Shown piece after piece: positions 1 to 8,657 of a DNA stretch of 64,000 nt. The translations under genes and the position numbers were made by a program. Within the stretch, counting starts at the first letter, position 1. Every line of letters begins with the position of its first letter. The stretch is from an uncultured Candidatus Saccharibacteria bacterium (GTDB lineage: Bacteria; Patescibacteriota; Minisyncoccia; Phycocordibacterales; UBA918), in assembly GCA_964399295.1 (NCBI GenBank), contig CAYNQD010000001.1, positions 399,672-463,671 on the forward strand, written 5' to 3'. The notes below the pieces were generated by a model, which was given only the letters and a program-made list of their open reading frames with translations, was not told the DNA's origin and did no database searches.

Positions 1-770
1 AACATATTGCGTAAAGCATGATTTTGAGAATTTACTATAACTTTTTGCAAGAAACTTCGGAAAAACAAATAGACTACCAAAGAAGCGAAAACCGTAATTA
101 AGAATGGGATAAGAAGATTTTTGGCCAGATTTTCTTCTTTAAGAATCGGGTCGCTGCGAACTATACTGTTTGTTACATGGGCATTTTGAGCTCTAGTTAG
201 TTCAGACAAACTGGTATATTTGACACTATCACCGATACTGGCTTTGTCGCCGAGAATTAAGTTGCCGGTAGTAATATCCAGTCCCTTACCGACCTCACCA
301 TCAATACGAACCTTATTATTAAAATAACCTAAAACATTACCCCCCACCGCGCCACTAATATCAGCCTCAGTTCCAAAAAATAGAATGTCCCCTTCTATCC
401 GTGCCGAAGACAAAACCTGCAGATTTCTGGCTACCACCACCAAGTCTCCTTTTACGTTTCCGGCCACCACCACTTCCCCGGCCACAATCCTGGCATCATC
501 ACCAATATTTCCATGAATATCAACCCGACCAGCCATCAGTGCCAAATCAGTACCAATCTCACCATTGATGGTGATATCAGCTCCCATAATCAGCAGATCA
601 TCCATCACCGAGCCGGAAATGACAATAGAATTACCCAAACCGTAAAAATCTCCCTCCACAACCTGATCGGCCGCGATTGAAACCATTTCTCCAGTGCGCA
701 ACACCGAAGCTCCCCAGGCGGTAGCCGGTATTAAAAGCAGAGCAAATATGTAAATAAATAAGCGGTTCAT
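1..770 (-). CDS. Secreted/membrane-anchored beta-strand repeat protein (bactofilin/DUF4097-like glycine-rich repeats); 5' part of gene runs off window edge? no: start ATG at 770, 3' end beyond position 1 (partial)
   Basis: Minus-strand ATG at 768-770 (MNRLFIYIFALLLIPATAWG... signal-like N-terminus), followed by repeated GxxhxIxG/VxxDLxhhGxxIxI beta-helix-like repeats; open to window edge; not in ORF track because truncated. Confidence 0.5.
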   Translation of the reverse strand, partial: MNRLFIYIFALLLIPATAWGASVLRTGEMVSIAADQVVEGDFYGLGNSIVISGSVMDDLLIMGADITINGEIGTDLALMAGRVDIHGNIGDDARIVAGEVVVAGNVKGDLVVVARNLQVLSSARIEGDILFFGTEADISGAVGGNVLGYFNNKVRIDGEVGKGLDITTGNLILGDKASIGDSVKYTSLSELTRAQNAHVTNSIVRSDPILKEENLAKNLLIPFLITVFASLVVYLFFRSFLQKVIVNSQNHALRNM

Positions 771-873
771 AGACATTTATTATGTTTTAAATCAATAATA
801 CACACAACTTCACACTAAATGTCAACGACTACTTAATGAAGGTTATAGTTTATTTGTAATATGATGGACGGCA

Positions 874-1905
874 TTATAACATACATTTAACATTTTTTCT
901 ATACTCTTTCACATAGAGAATACGGCCACACTCCCACATTTCCGGATGACCTTTTTCTTTCAACCAATACCACCATTCCGCTCCCCAGAGATATTGCTTA
1001 TCAAAACGAGTACTTTCGGCATATTTCAAAATATCTTCAAATTTCTCCAAGTCCATTCTGGTGAATTGTGTTTCTATCGGGACAGTAGCTAGCGGAGCCA
1101 CCAGCCATGGCTCGGCCGATAATTCAATCAAAAATACCGGCCGCTTACCATAGACCAAAGCATTCCAATTGCTTTTCACCCGATAAACCCATGCCGGCAA
1201 GATCGTCCGAAATTGACCAACTTCCGGATTCCAAAAATGGACATACACGCTAGTACCAAAAATATCGCTTCGTTTGTAAGCTTGCGACCACAAACCTAAA
1301 TTGCCGCTGTCAGTAATAATTACCGGTCGAGTGGTATCAAGTTCCTTGACTAAAGCAATTTCTTTTTCAAAGAAATCAAGGTCGAGCTTGCCGCAGTGTT
1401 CGTAAGCAAACAATTCCAAAAACGGCTCATTTTCCACTTGCCAATATTTAACAGCGGAATTATCTCGATATCTCTCAATGACTTGCCTCACGTATTCCAG
1501 CTGAGCGGAGTTTCGCTCCTCTAGTGACAGATTTTTTGCCCAAGGCGGCACATGGCATTCCGGCCAGCGCGGCAACCTTCTACCAACCGCCAATATCACC
1601 TCCGCGCCCGCTTCCTCGGCTTTTTCCAACTGATAATCCAGCTCAGAAAAATTATACTCTCCAACCACCGGTTCAACCATCGGCCAATGCGCGGCCAGGC
1701 GCAAGTGTCGCACCCCCAAGTCATGCAAAATAGCGTCGTAGGTCGAACGCCAGTCCAAACCCAGCTCATTAGCGTACATGACATTAAAAGACATACCGTA
1801 AGTTATTTTGTCCGGCTTGTCGGCCCTAGCTAGCGTAAAAATAAAAACCACTGCCGCCATCAGCAGTACCAAAATAACAATTAAAAATTTCTTCATTCGA
1901 ATCAT
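874..1905 (-). CDS. Glycoside hydrolase, GH5-like (cellulase/mannanase clan GH-A), N-terminal TM/signal anchor
   Basis: 343 aa; hydrophobic N-terminus; WQVENEP catalytic acid/base motif typical of clan GH-A/GH5; TIM-barrel-like W/Y-rich pattern. Confidence 0.7.
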   Translation of the reverse strand: MIRMKKFLIVILVLLMAAVVFIFTLARADKPDKITYGMSFNVMYANELGLDWRSTYDAILHDLGVRHLRLAAHWPMVEPVVGEYNFSELDYQLEKAEEAGAEVILAVGRRLPRWPECHVPPWAKNLSLEERNSAQLEYVRQVIERYRDNSAVKYWQVENEPFLELFAYEHCGKLDLDFFEKEIALVKELDTTRPVIITDSGNLGLWSQAYKRSDIFGTSVYVHFWNPEVGQFRTILPAWVYRVKSNWNALVYGKRPVFLIELSAEPWLVAPLATVPIETQFTRMDLEKFEDILKYAESTRFDKQYLWGAEWWYWLKEKGHPEMWECGRILYVKEYRKNVKCML

Positions 1906-1910
1906 AGAAA

Positions 1911-2843
1911 CTATAAAAATAAAATGAAATAACCAAAGGCAATCACCACCACATACAAAACTCTCCGGAAAATTTTGTTTGGCCTAATCTCGATCTTGGA
2001 AACAGAGTTGGGTAGAAAAGAGCTGAATACTACCGAAATGATAAGTATGAAGACAAACTTTAATCCATCCAAAGCCTGCACCACTGTTACGTCACCCAAA
2101 TGAGTAGCCTTGAGTAGCAGAAAAGCCGCCACTCCCGCCAAAACCTTAGCCAAAATAATAATCAAACCGGTACGAGAAGAAGAACTTTCTGTTTGCTCCT
2201 TGATTTTGTCATAATAAACAGGAACCAACAGCAAAGACAAAGCAAAAATCACAAAACCAACTCTTGACCAAAACAAACCATCGTCAAAGTTGGTTTCTAA
2301 AAATAACCCTTTCATGGCAATGAAATGCAGAGCAAAAAAGACACCACTATGCACCAGATTTAAAATCGTGCTGCGTTTAGGGATAGTCTGCGCCACCAAA
2401 AAAGTACCAATAGCCAAAATAATTACCCCCCACATAAAATTATTGGTCAAAGTAATATCTAGAAAAAGATAACTCATGCCAAAAGTGGCCAAAGCCGACA
2501 CCGCGCCAATAACCGGCATGACATTGACCGCTTCGGTTTTGCGTAGGGCATCATACATTGAAACCAAAGCCATGAAAAAAGTATAAGCCGCCAAAAATGA
2601 CATCCCCACCACTTGAATACTAGGCTTGTGAACATTTTCTAAAGTCGGCATGCCCAAGGCGGCTAATTGAGGAATATAACCAAGAATGTAAATGAACATC
2701 CAAAAACCAGTCAACAAACAGGAATAAAAAGCATAAACAAAAGGCCGCGGTAAAATCTTATCATCAGAGACAATATACTTATCCAAAAACACCACCACAG
2801 CATTGATAAATTGCCCAATAGTCGCTAATAGTAACCAAGACAT
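1911..2843 (-). CDS. Polytopic integral membrane protein of unknown function
   Basis: 310 aa, ~9 predicted hydrophobic helices throughout; no recognisable catalytic motif. Confidence 0.6.
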   Translation of the reverse strand: MSWLLLATIGQFINAVVVFLDKYIVSDDKILPRPFVYAFYSCLLTGFWMFIYILGYIPQLAALGMPTLENVHKPSIQVVGMSFLAAYTFFMALVSMYDALRKTEAVNVMPVIGAVSALATFGMSYLFLDITLTNNFMWGVIILAIGTFLVAQTIPKRSTILNLVHSGVFFALHFIAMKGLFLETNFDDGLFWSRVGFVIFALSLLLVPVYYDKIKEQTESSSSRTGLIIILAKVLAGVAAFLLLKATHLGDVTVVQALDGLKFVFILIISVVFSSFLPNSVSKIEIRPNKIFRRVLYVVVIAFGYFILFL

Positions 2844-2847
2844 GGCC

Positions 2848-4092
2848 CTATTCTAACACTGAGTTTTCCTCACAAATTTTCTTATACACGTAAGCTGAAG
2901 GGCGGATTTTTCGCTCCAGCGTCTTGTAATCAATTTCCACCAGACCAAATCTTTTTTCAAAACCAAGCGCCCACTCATAATTATCCAAAAGCGACCAATA
3001 TAAATGCCCGCGCACATCCGCGCCAGAATCCAAGGCTCGCCAAACACCCAGCACTTGCTTTTCAATATACTCAGCACGGTCTGAGTCATCGTGGTCGGCC
3101 AAGCCGCTCTCTGAGACAAACAAAGGTTTTTTATAACGAGTCAACATCATCAATGCGTCGTAAATATGCTCGGGAGCAAAGTTCCAATCCATGTCCGTCT
3201 TTCGCCACTGTCTTTTATCGCCAAATTGAGTATAAAAATAGTAATTCAAACCAATAGAATCACACTGCTTATAAACCAATTTCATAAACTTATGCGTCCA
3301 GAAATAATTGGCAATCAGGGCTTTGATTTTATTAAAAGGATTCCAGTTGGAGGCAAATACAATCACGTGCTTGACGACACTAACTTCAGTTGATGGCGAT
3401 ATTTTTTTGATTTCCTGATAAGCGAGATTGTGAGCGGTCGCGAGATTTTTCATGACCTTAAAATACAGCCGAAGTGGCCGCAGACCTTCGCTGGCCTTGG
3501 CTTCGTATTGTCGTCCGGAATTAGTGATTTTAACTAAATCCGTAAAAACAAAGCGCTTGAAAGGTGGCCAACTGCCACGCAACCAGCCATTGCTGGCAAA
3601 AACGGCCGGTTCGTTCATAGTGGAAAAATGTTCACACAAATCGCCAAGTCGAGAGACAACAAAAGTACAATAGCGCGCAAAAATTTCCGGCGCATCATCT
3701 CTTTCAAACCCTCCTTTTTCGGAAAACCACAGTGGCAATGTGAAGTGCCACAAAGTAACAAAAGGCTTCAAACCCCGCTCCCGCAAAGCCAGCAACACTT
3801 CTCGATAATGCAAAATTGCTTCTTCATCAAATTTTCCGTCCTCCGGCTCAATCCGCGACCACTCCACCGAAAAGCGATGCGCCGTGTGTCCCAAATCTTT
3901 AGCAATATCAAAATCTTCCACAAACCGCCGGTAATGATCGCAAGCCAGCCCACACTCCGGCACTCTCCCGTCTCGCGCCGCCTGTGCCCAGTCGGTATTT
4001 TCGATACCGCCTTCCACCTGATAAGACGCGGTAGCAGCTCCCCAATAAAAGCCTTCAGGAAATTTTCTTTCAGTCATGTTTATTCGTGGCAT
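2848..4092 (-). CDS. GH1 family beta-glucosidase/beta-galactosidase
   Basis: 414 aa; N-terminal FPEGFYWGAATASYQVEGG GH1 signature; TMNEP acid/base and ESG nucleophile regions. Confidence 0.9.
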   Translation of the reverse strand: MPRINMTERKFPEGFYWGAATASYQVEGGIENTDWAQAARDGRVPECGLACDHYRRFVEDFDIAKDLGHTAHRFSVEWSRIEPEDGKFDEEAILHYREVLLALRERGLKPFVTLWHFTLPLWFSEKGGFERDDAPEIFARYCTFVVSRLGDLCEHFSTMNEPAVFASNGWLRGSWPPFKRFVFTDLVKITNSGRQYEAKASEGLRPLRLYFKVMKNLATAHNLAYQEIKKISPSTEVSVVKHVIVFASNWNPFNKIKALIANYFWTHKFMKLVYKQCDSIGLNYYFYTQFGDKRQWRKTDMDWNFAPEHIYDALMMLTRYKKPLFVSESGLADHDDSDRAEYIEKQVLGVWRALDSGADVRGHLYWSLLDNYEWALGFEKRFGLVEIDYKTLERKIRPSAYVYKKICEENSVLE

Positions 4093-4205
4093 TATAACAA
4101 TAAACCAAGATACTTTCTAGTTATCGACTACAACTAAAGATTAAAAAAATAGACACAAAAAGAGCGTCAAAGTAATGTCCTCGACGCTCATGAATTTCCA
4201 ATGTT

Positions 4206-4826
4206 CTACAACAGAGGAACCGACGGATACTTCCCGTCGCCAATTTCTCCGTAGTCCACTATTTTTATTTTTATCTGCTGACCGGATTCATTGATACCAA
4301 AAAACTGGCATTCTTCCGGCCCGCGCAATACTCGCACGCAACCATCGAGAACGTCGTTCTCGTCACCAACAACTGGAATTTGTATCAGAGATATTCCCCT
4401 GACATCTTCCGCCAGCCAACCCACTCGCCAAGAGTGAATAAAAGCCTCACTTGGGTCTGGCTTTAATACCACATACCTTTTCCAGCCACCAAACCGTGGC
4501 ATATGAAAAATCGGTATCCAGTGCCATTTCCAGCGCGGCAGAGCTAAAGGATCGTCTGGAACACAAACCATCTTTTCCTCCGATAGCTGCCAGACAGCCA
4601 GCTTGGAAAGTTTGATGTTGTTCCAAAAGTGAGTCCTTTGAGGCGCTTCGTTGCCATCGCCGGCAAGGAACCTCATTATTGGTTCCAAACAGTTGTCCAA
4701 AACCCTAGTCAATCGCCCATACTTAGGTAAATTGGAAAAATTTACCGCATGTGGATTACGCAAATGATGCCTAGACATCTTACACCTCCTTCGTTTAGAG
4801 TTTTTAAAAAGTGCTTCTAACTTCAA
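4206..4826 (-). CDS. Hypothetical protein
   Basis: 206-aa ORF, W-rich, no recognisable motif; start uncertain (alternative Met at MSRHH). Confidence 0.45.
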   Translation of the reverse strand: MKLEALFKNSKRRRCKMSRHHLRNPHAVNFSNLPKYGRLTRVLDNCLEPIMRFLAGDGNEAPQRTHFWNNIKLSKLAVWQLSEEKMVCVPDDPLALPRWKWHWIPIFHMPRFGGWKRYVVLKPDPSEAFIHSWRVGWLAEDVRGISLIQIPVVGDENDVLDGCVRVLRGPEECQFFGINESGQQIKIKIVDYGEIGDGKYPSVPLL

Positions 4827-4843
4827 TTAGACCATGAAAAACC

Positions 4844-5578
4844 TCAAAAATCAATGAATTTTTCATCATCGTCTGGTTGGAATAGTAAATAATCACGCCA
4901 CTTTTTATAAAGAGCTACAGTAGCAGTGACATCACCGGCGTTGTAGCGAGCGAGGTCGCGGAACTTTTTGCTAGCAAAAAGTTCCGCGACCTCATCGCCG
5001 CTCCCTGCCACCTTAGGACTATCAATCCCAAACGCTCGACAAAATAAATGTAAGCTTGGTCGTCTGGTCATCGCTCCGTAAAAAGTCAGCTCGTCTTGCA
5101 AATCAACGTGCCGACAACCCCTCTGCTGTGATGGATAGCGCCCTTCCATCAAGTTTTTAGTCGGCTTAACACCACACACTACCGACCGATGAAGCAAAAA
5201 CGGTACGTCAAATACTCGCCCATTGAAAGTAACAAAAGTATCATAATGCCGCGCTCCATCCCAAAATTCGGCCAACATTTTAGCCTCGCTTCTTTCCTTA
5301 TAAGTGTAAGCTCCGTCGACAGTATCTTTCTCCGTGCCATTTCCAGAATAATAAACCACTCCCTTTTCCCGTTCCAAATCATAAATCCCAATCGCCACCA
5401 CAAAGCCAGTAAGCGGAGAAAAGCCCAAACCGGCTTTCAAGTCGGTTAGTAAGAGTTGTTTTTCTTCCGAATTTTTGGCCACTCTTTCCAGCCATCTGCT
5501 CAGGGTACTTTTAGTGATCTCATCAAAATCTTCCCAATTTTCACCGACAGTTTCGATATCAAAGACTAGCGTCGCCAT
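4844..5578 (-). CDS. Predicted 3'-5' exonuclease related to PolB exonuclease domain (RNase H-like, DEDD)
   Basis: 244 aa; N-terminal FDIETVG Exo I motif, YDxxxL and later YxxxD-like motifs; matches COG3298-type architecture. Confidence 0.75.
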   Translation of the reverse strand: MATLVFDIETVGENWEDFDEITKSTLSRWLERVAKNSEEKQLLLTDLKAGLGFSPLTGFVVAIGIYDLEREKGVVYYSGNGTEKDTVDGAYTYKERSEAKMLAEFWDGARHYDTFVTFNGRVFDVPFLLHRSVVCGVKPTKNLMEGRYPSQQRGCRHVDLQDELTFYGAMTRRPSLHLFCRAFGIDSPKVAGSGDEVAELFASKKFRDLARYNAGDVTATVALYKKWRDYLLFQPDDDEKFIDF

Positions 5579-5589
5579 ACCAAAACCAA

Positions 5590-6378
5590 TTACAAACTAA
5601 CGGGTTCACCAGCAAAACAACCAATCACCCCTTCCCGCGTTGAAGACAAATAATAACGATACTGTCCATCTTCAACCATTCCGCCACAGACGTCGGTCTT
5701 AGCCGTGTCATTCAAGCCATGGACAGGAAAGCCATCAAGCGCGTAGCCGACCAAAGTTTCTTTGCCAAAAATCGAATACATACCATTCTCGTTATTTCTA
5801 AGCAAAGAACCATCAAGCGCTATGCCAACCACATCTTGAGGCAAGCAATTTTTGGAAACGGAAGCGATAGAGCGCAGAGGCAACTGCAAGACAATTTCCT
5901 GGCCCAAGCCTTGAGAAAAACCTTCGCCAGACGCACTCATGTTTGCTTCACGAAAAACAATTCTGGCTCCCTCCACCACTTCAAATTTTAATCCCTGCGG
6001 CAGCCACGCCATGCTGGAAACAGAATAATGCGCGCACTTCAAAATTTCCCCAGGGGTATTATTGTCTTCGATGATGTTTTCTTCGGATTCCTCTTCAACC
6101 TTATCTGGCACCGCCGCAATCACGCTAGCTAAATTACTATCAATCCCCACTTGCGCTATCTTTTTTTTCATTGCTTGCAGATTTTGATTTCTGTCAGGTT
6201 CAACATTTTTATTTTCCGGCGCTACGGCAGTATAAGCTACCTCTTCTGAATTAAAATTATTTTGCGACCACCAACTCTGACTATCGCTAGCTATACCAGA
6301 ACCAGCCGTATAAACGATAGCGACAACCAAAAATCCCACCGCCAGCAAATACAATAAAAAATCGCGAGTTCTAAACAT
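5590..6378 (-). CDS. Secreted YHYH-domain-like protein
   Basis: 262 aa; N-terminal TM; C-terminal DVCGGMVEDGQYRYY resembling the D-x-CGG...YHYH motif of PF14240. Confidence 0.5.
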   Translation of the reverse strand: MFRTRDFLLYLLAVGFLVVAIVYTAGSGIASDSQSWWSQNNFNSEEVAYTAVAPENKNVEPDRNQNLQAMKKKIAQVGIDSNLASVIAAVPDKVEEESEENIIEDNNTPGEILKCAHYSVSSMAWLPQGLKFEVVEGARIVFREANMSASGEGFSQGLGQEIVLQLPLRSIASVSKNCLPQDVVGIALDGSLLRNNENGMYSIFGKETLVGYALDGFPVHGLNDTAKTDVCGGMVEDGQYRYYLSSTREGVIGCFAGEPVSL

Positions 6379-6409
6379 AAGTTACAACCATAATAACAGA
6401 AAAATATGA

Positions 6410-7750
6410 TTATTGTTTTACCGCTTCTCCACTTTTCTTGCGAGATGAAACTTTTATTTCCACCAACTGCTCCACCCGCCTGATGTCTGCTAATAATTTT
6501 GAACGATCGGAATTGTGTAAAAACAAGTTAAAAACTGAGCGCCCACCGTTACGAGAAAAATCCGCCCTGTCTCCAATTTTTTTGTTGATGTCAATGCTGT
6601 AAAATGATTCCAACTGCTCAATTTTCTTGATACCTTTCATTTCAATAATCTTCCCCTCACTGGCCGCAAACCACTTTATTGCACAAGCGTAGCTGTGACA
6701 CTTTTTTGGTACGGACACTTTTTGCGGAATTCGCACCAAGATGTCGTTTAGGGAATGGTCAATTCCGCAGGTTAATTGGTGTAGCACATGCCTAAAACCG
6801 CCCATACGCGCGCCAATTTCGATAACCTTCCATTCATCATCTATCTTCATGAGCTCAGTATGCGTCATCGTACTTCTAAGACCGAGCGCGTGAATGGCTT
6901 TTTTGGCCACCAATTCAGCCTTTTCAACAGTTTCTTTTTTTAGGACTGGTGGCGTAATCTGCAAATAATTATAAAAATCATTATGTCCGATTTTCTTACC
7001 GGTAATAACCTTAACTAGCGGACAATGCTCTACTCCGCCACGCGAGCCAACGTAAGAGTCGATAGAATACATATCGCCGTCCATATATTCCTCAGCAATC
7101 AGCTTTGGCTCTTCGACGCGATTATCTTTTTTGTAAGCGGCATTGAGTTTGCGTAAGGTGGCACGCAGCGTCTTTTCCAAATCTTCTTCGTGATAACAAA
7201 CCGACACAAACAAACTCGCCGCCAAATTAGTTGGCTTTATTATCATCGGAAAACCAATCTGCTTCACCAAGCGTTCACGCTCTTTCTTGCCGTTGGTACC
7301 AACCAGAGTAAATTTGGGCGTAATTTTGGGGTCATAAATACGCATTCTCCGGCGCATCATGTACTTATCGCTCGCCCAAAGTAGTGATTCGGTGGTCGGC
7401 GTACTCAAATAAGGCACGTGCGGTATGATTTTGACAAACCGCGCCATGCTTTGTTCGTGTCGGCAAGTAATAGCTAGAAATTGATCCTGATACGGAAGCA
7501 GCGCGCTGGCAATTTCATCCGGCTTAGAAAAATCACAACTGATGTGAATATCCAGTCCGGCTGTTTGCGGCCGATCCTTTTTGATTTTCACGCGAGAATC
7601 CTGAAGCAACATCACCCGATACTTTTGCCCTGATGACTGTTCGTATTTTCTAATACTATCAATAGTACCGGAAGGAATGGTTGTAACATACACAATGATG
7701 TCCTTTTCTACTTTCGGCACCACTTCATCTTGAATCTTTGGTTCTTGCAT
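6410..7750 (-). CDS. ATP-grasp family ligase (unknown substrate)
   Basis: 446 aa; ATP-grasp fold signatures (IIKP...G..V, EEYMDGDMYSIDSY, large C-terminal Mg/ATP region EIGARMGG). Confidence 0.7.
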   Translation of the reverse strand: MQEPKIQDEVVPKVEKDIIVYVTTIPSGTIDSIRKYEQSSGQKYRVMLLQDSRVKIKKDRPQTAGLDIHISCDFSKPDEIASALLPYQDQFLAITCRHEQSMARFVKIIPHVPYLSTPTTESLLWASDKYMMRRRMRIYDPKITPKFTLVGTNGKKERERLVKQIGFPMIIKPTNLAASLFVSVCYHEEDLEKTLRATLRKLNAAYKKDNRVEEPKLIAEEYMDGDMYSIDSYVGSRGGVEHCPLVKVITGKKIGHNDFYNYLQITPPVLKKETVEKAELVAKKAIHALGLRSTMTHTELMKIDDEWKVIEIGARMGGFRHVLHQLTCGIDHSLNDILVRIPQKVSVPKKCHSYACAIKWFAASEGKIIEMKGIKKIEQLESFYSIDINKKIGDRADFSRNGGRSVFNLFLHNSDRSKLLADIRRVEQLVEIKVSSRKKSGEAVKQ

Positions 7751-7885
7751 AAAGCTTAAATATTTGATATTGAAACCGAAAAATATTCATCCGCATGATT
7801 GATAATTATGAACCAACAGCTTACTACACTTTTGGACAAAAAATTTTAAAGGAACAGAAATCAAGAAAAATCAAGACTTGACAGA

Positions 7886-8551
7886 TTAATTCTGATTTAC
7901 AGGCAAATCGGAAATCGGTAAATCAAACTGCACTTTTGGATTTATAGCGGCTTCTATTTGCTGATAAAAATCATCATAGGTGGTTATGGTCATTTTTTCT
8001 CCGTTTAGGAAAAAGGTTGGAGTACCGGTAATTCCCAAGTCACGCCCTGATTGCAAATCACTATCAATTCTATCTTTTAGCAAAGATGAGTTCATTTGAC
8101 GTTTAAATTGTTCTATGTCGAGACCAAGACTTTCCGCGTATTGCACGAATAAAGCGTTTGGATTTGGGCTATTAGACCAGGTTTTTTGATTTTCAAAAAT
8201 CAAATCATGGAATTCATAGAAGGCATCCTGCTGACCGGCAGCTTCGACAGCCCTAGCAGCCGGCAACGCCAACGGGTGCATAGGCAACGGAAAATGCTTA
8301 TACTCAAATCTGATATCATCCCCAAACTCATTCATCAAATCAACCAAAACCGGATGAAATGAAGCGCAAGCCGGACACTGAAAATCGCTATATTCTACTA
8401 AAGTTACCGCTGCTTCCGGATTGCCTTTGATATAAGACTTTGTAGCATCAACTCCCTCGTCACTTTTTTTGGCGACGCTGCTTGAAAACCAAAACGAACC
8501 GGCAATCAAAATCAACGTCACTACCCCAATTATTATCCATGGATTTTTCAT
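7886..8551 (-). CDS. DsbA-family thiol:disulfide oxidoreductase, membrane-anchored
   Basis: 221 aa; N-terminal TM; thioredoxin-fold CPAC active site (SDFQCPACASF). Confidence 0.85.
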   Translation of the reverse strand: MKNPWIIIGVVTLILIAGSFWFSSSVAKKSDEGVDATKSYIKGNPEAAVTLVEYSDFQCPACASFHPVLVDLMNEFGDDIRFEYKHFPLPMHPLALPAARAVEAAGQQDAFYEFHDLIFENQKTWSNSPNPNALFVQYAESLGLDIEQFKRQMNSSLLKDRIDSDLQSGRDLGITGTPTFFLNGEKMTITTYDDFYQQIEAAINPKVQFDLPISDLPVNQN

Positions 8552-8657
8552 ACAGCGCCATTATAACACAAAAGAATTGCCCTTGTAAAAATTATTATCA
8601 CAATTTTGTATAAAAATAACCCTTGTGAAAAATAATTTTGCTACACTATAAGTTGAT

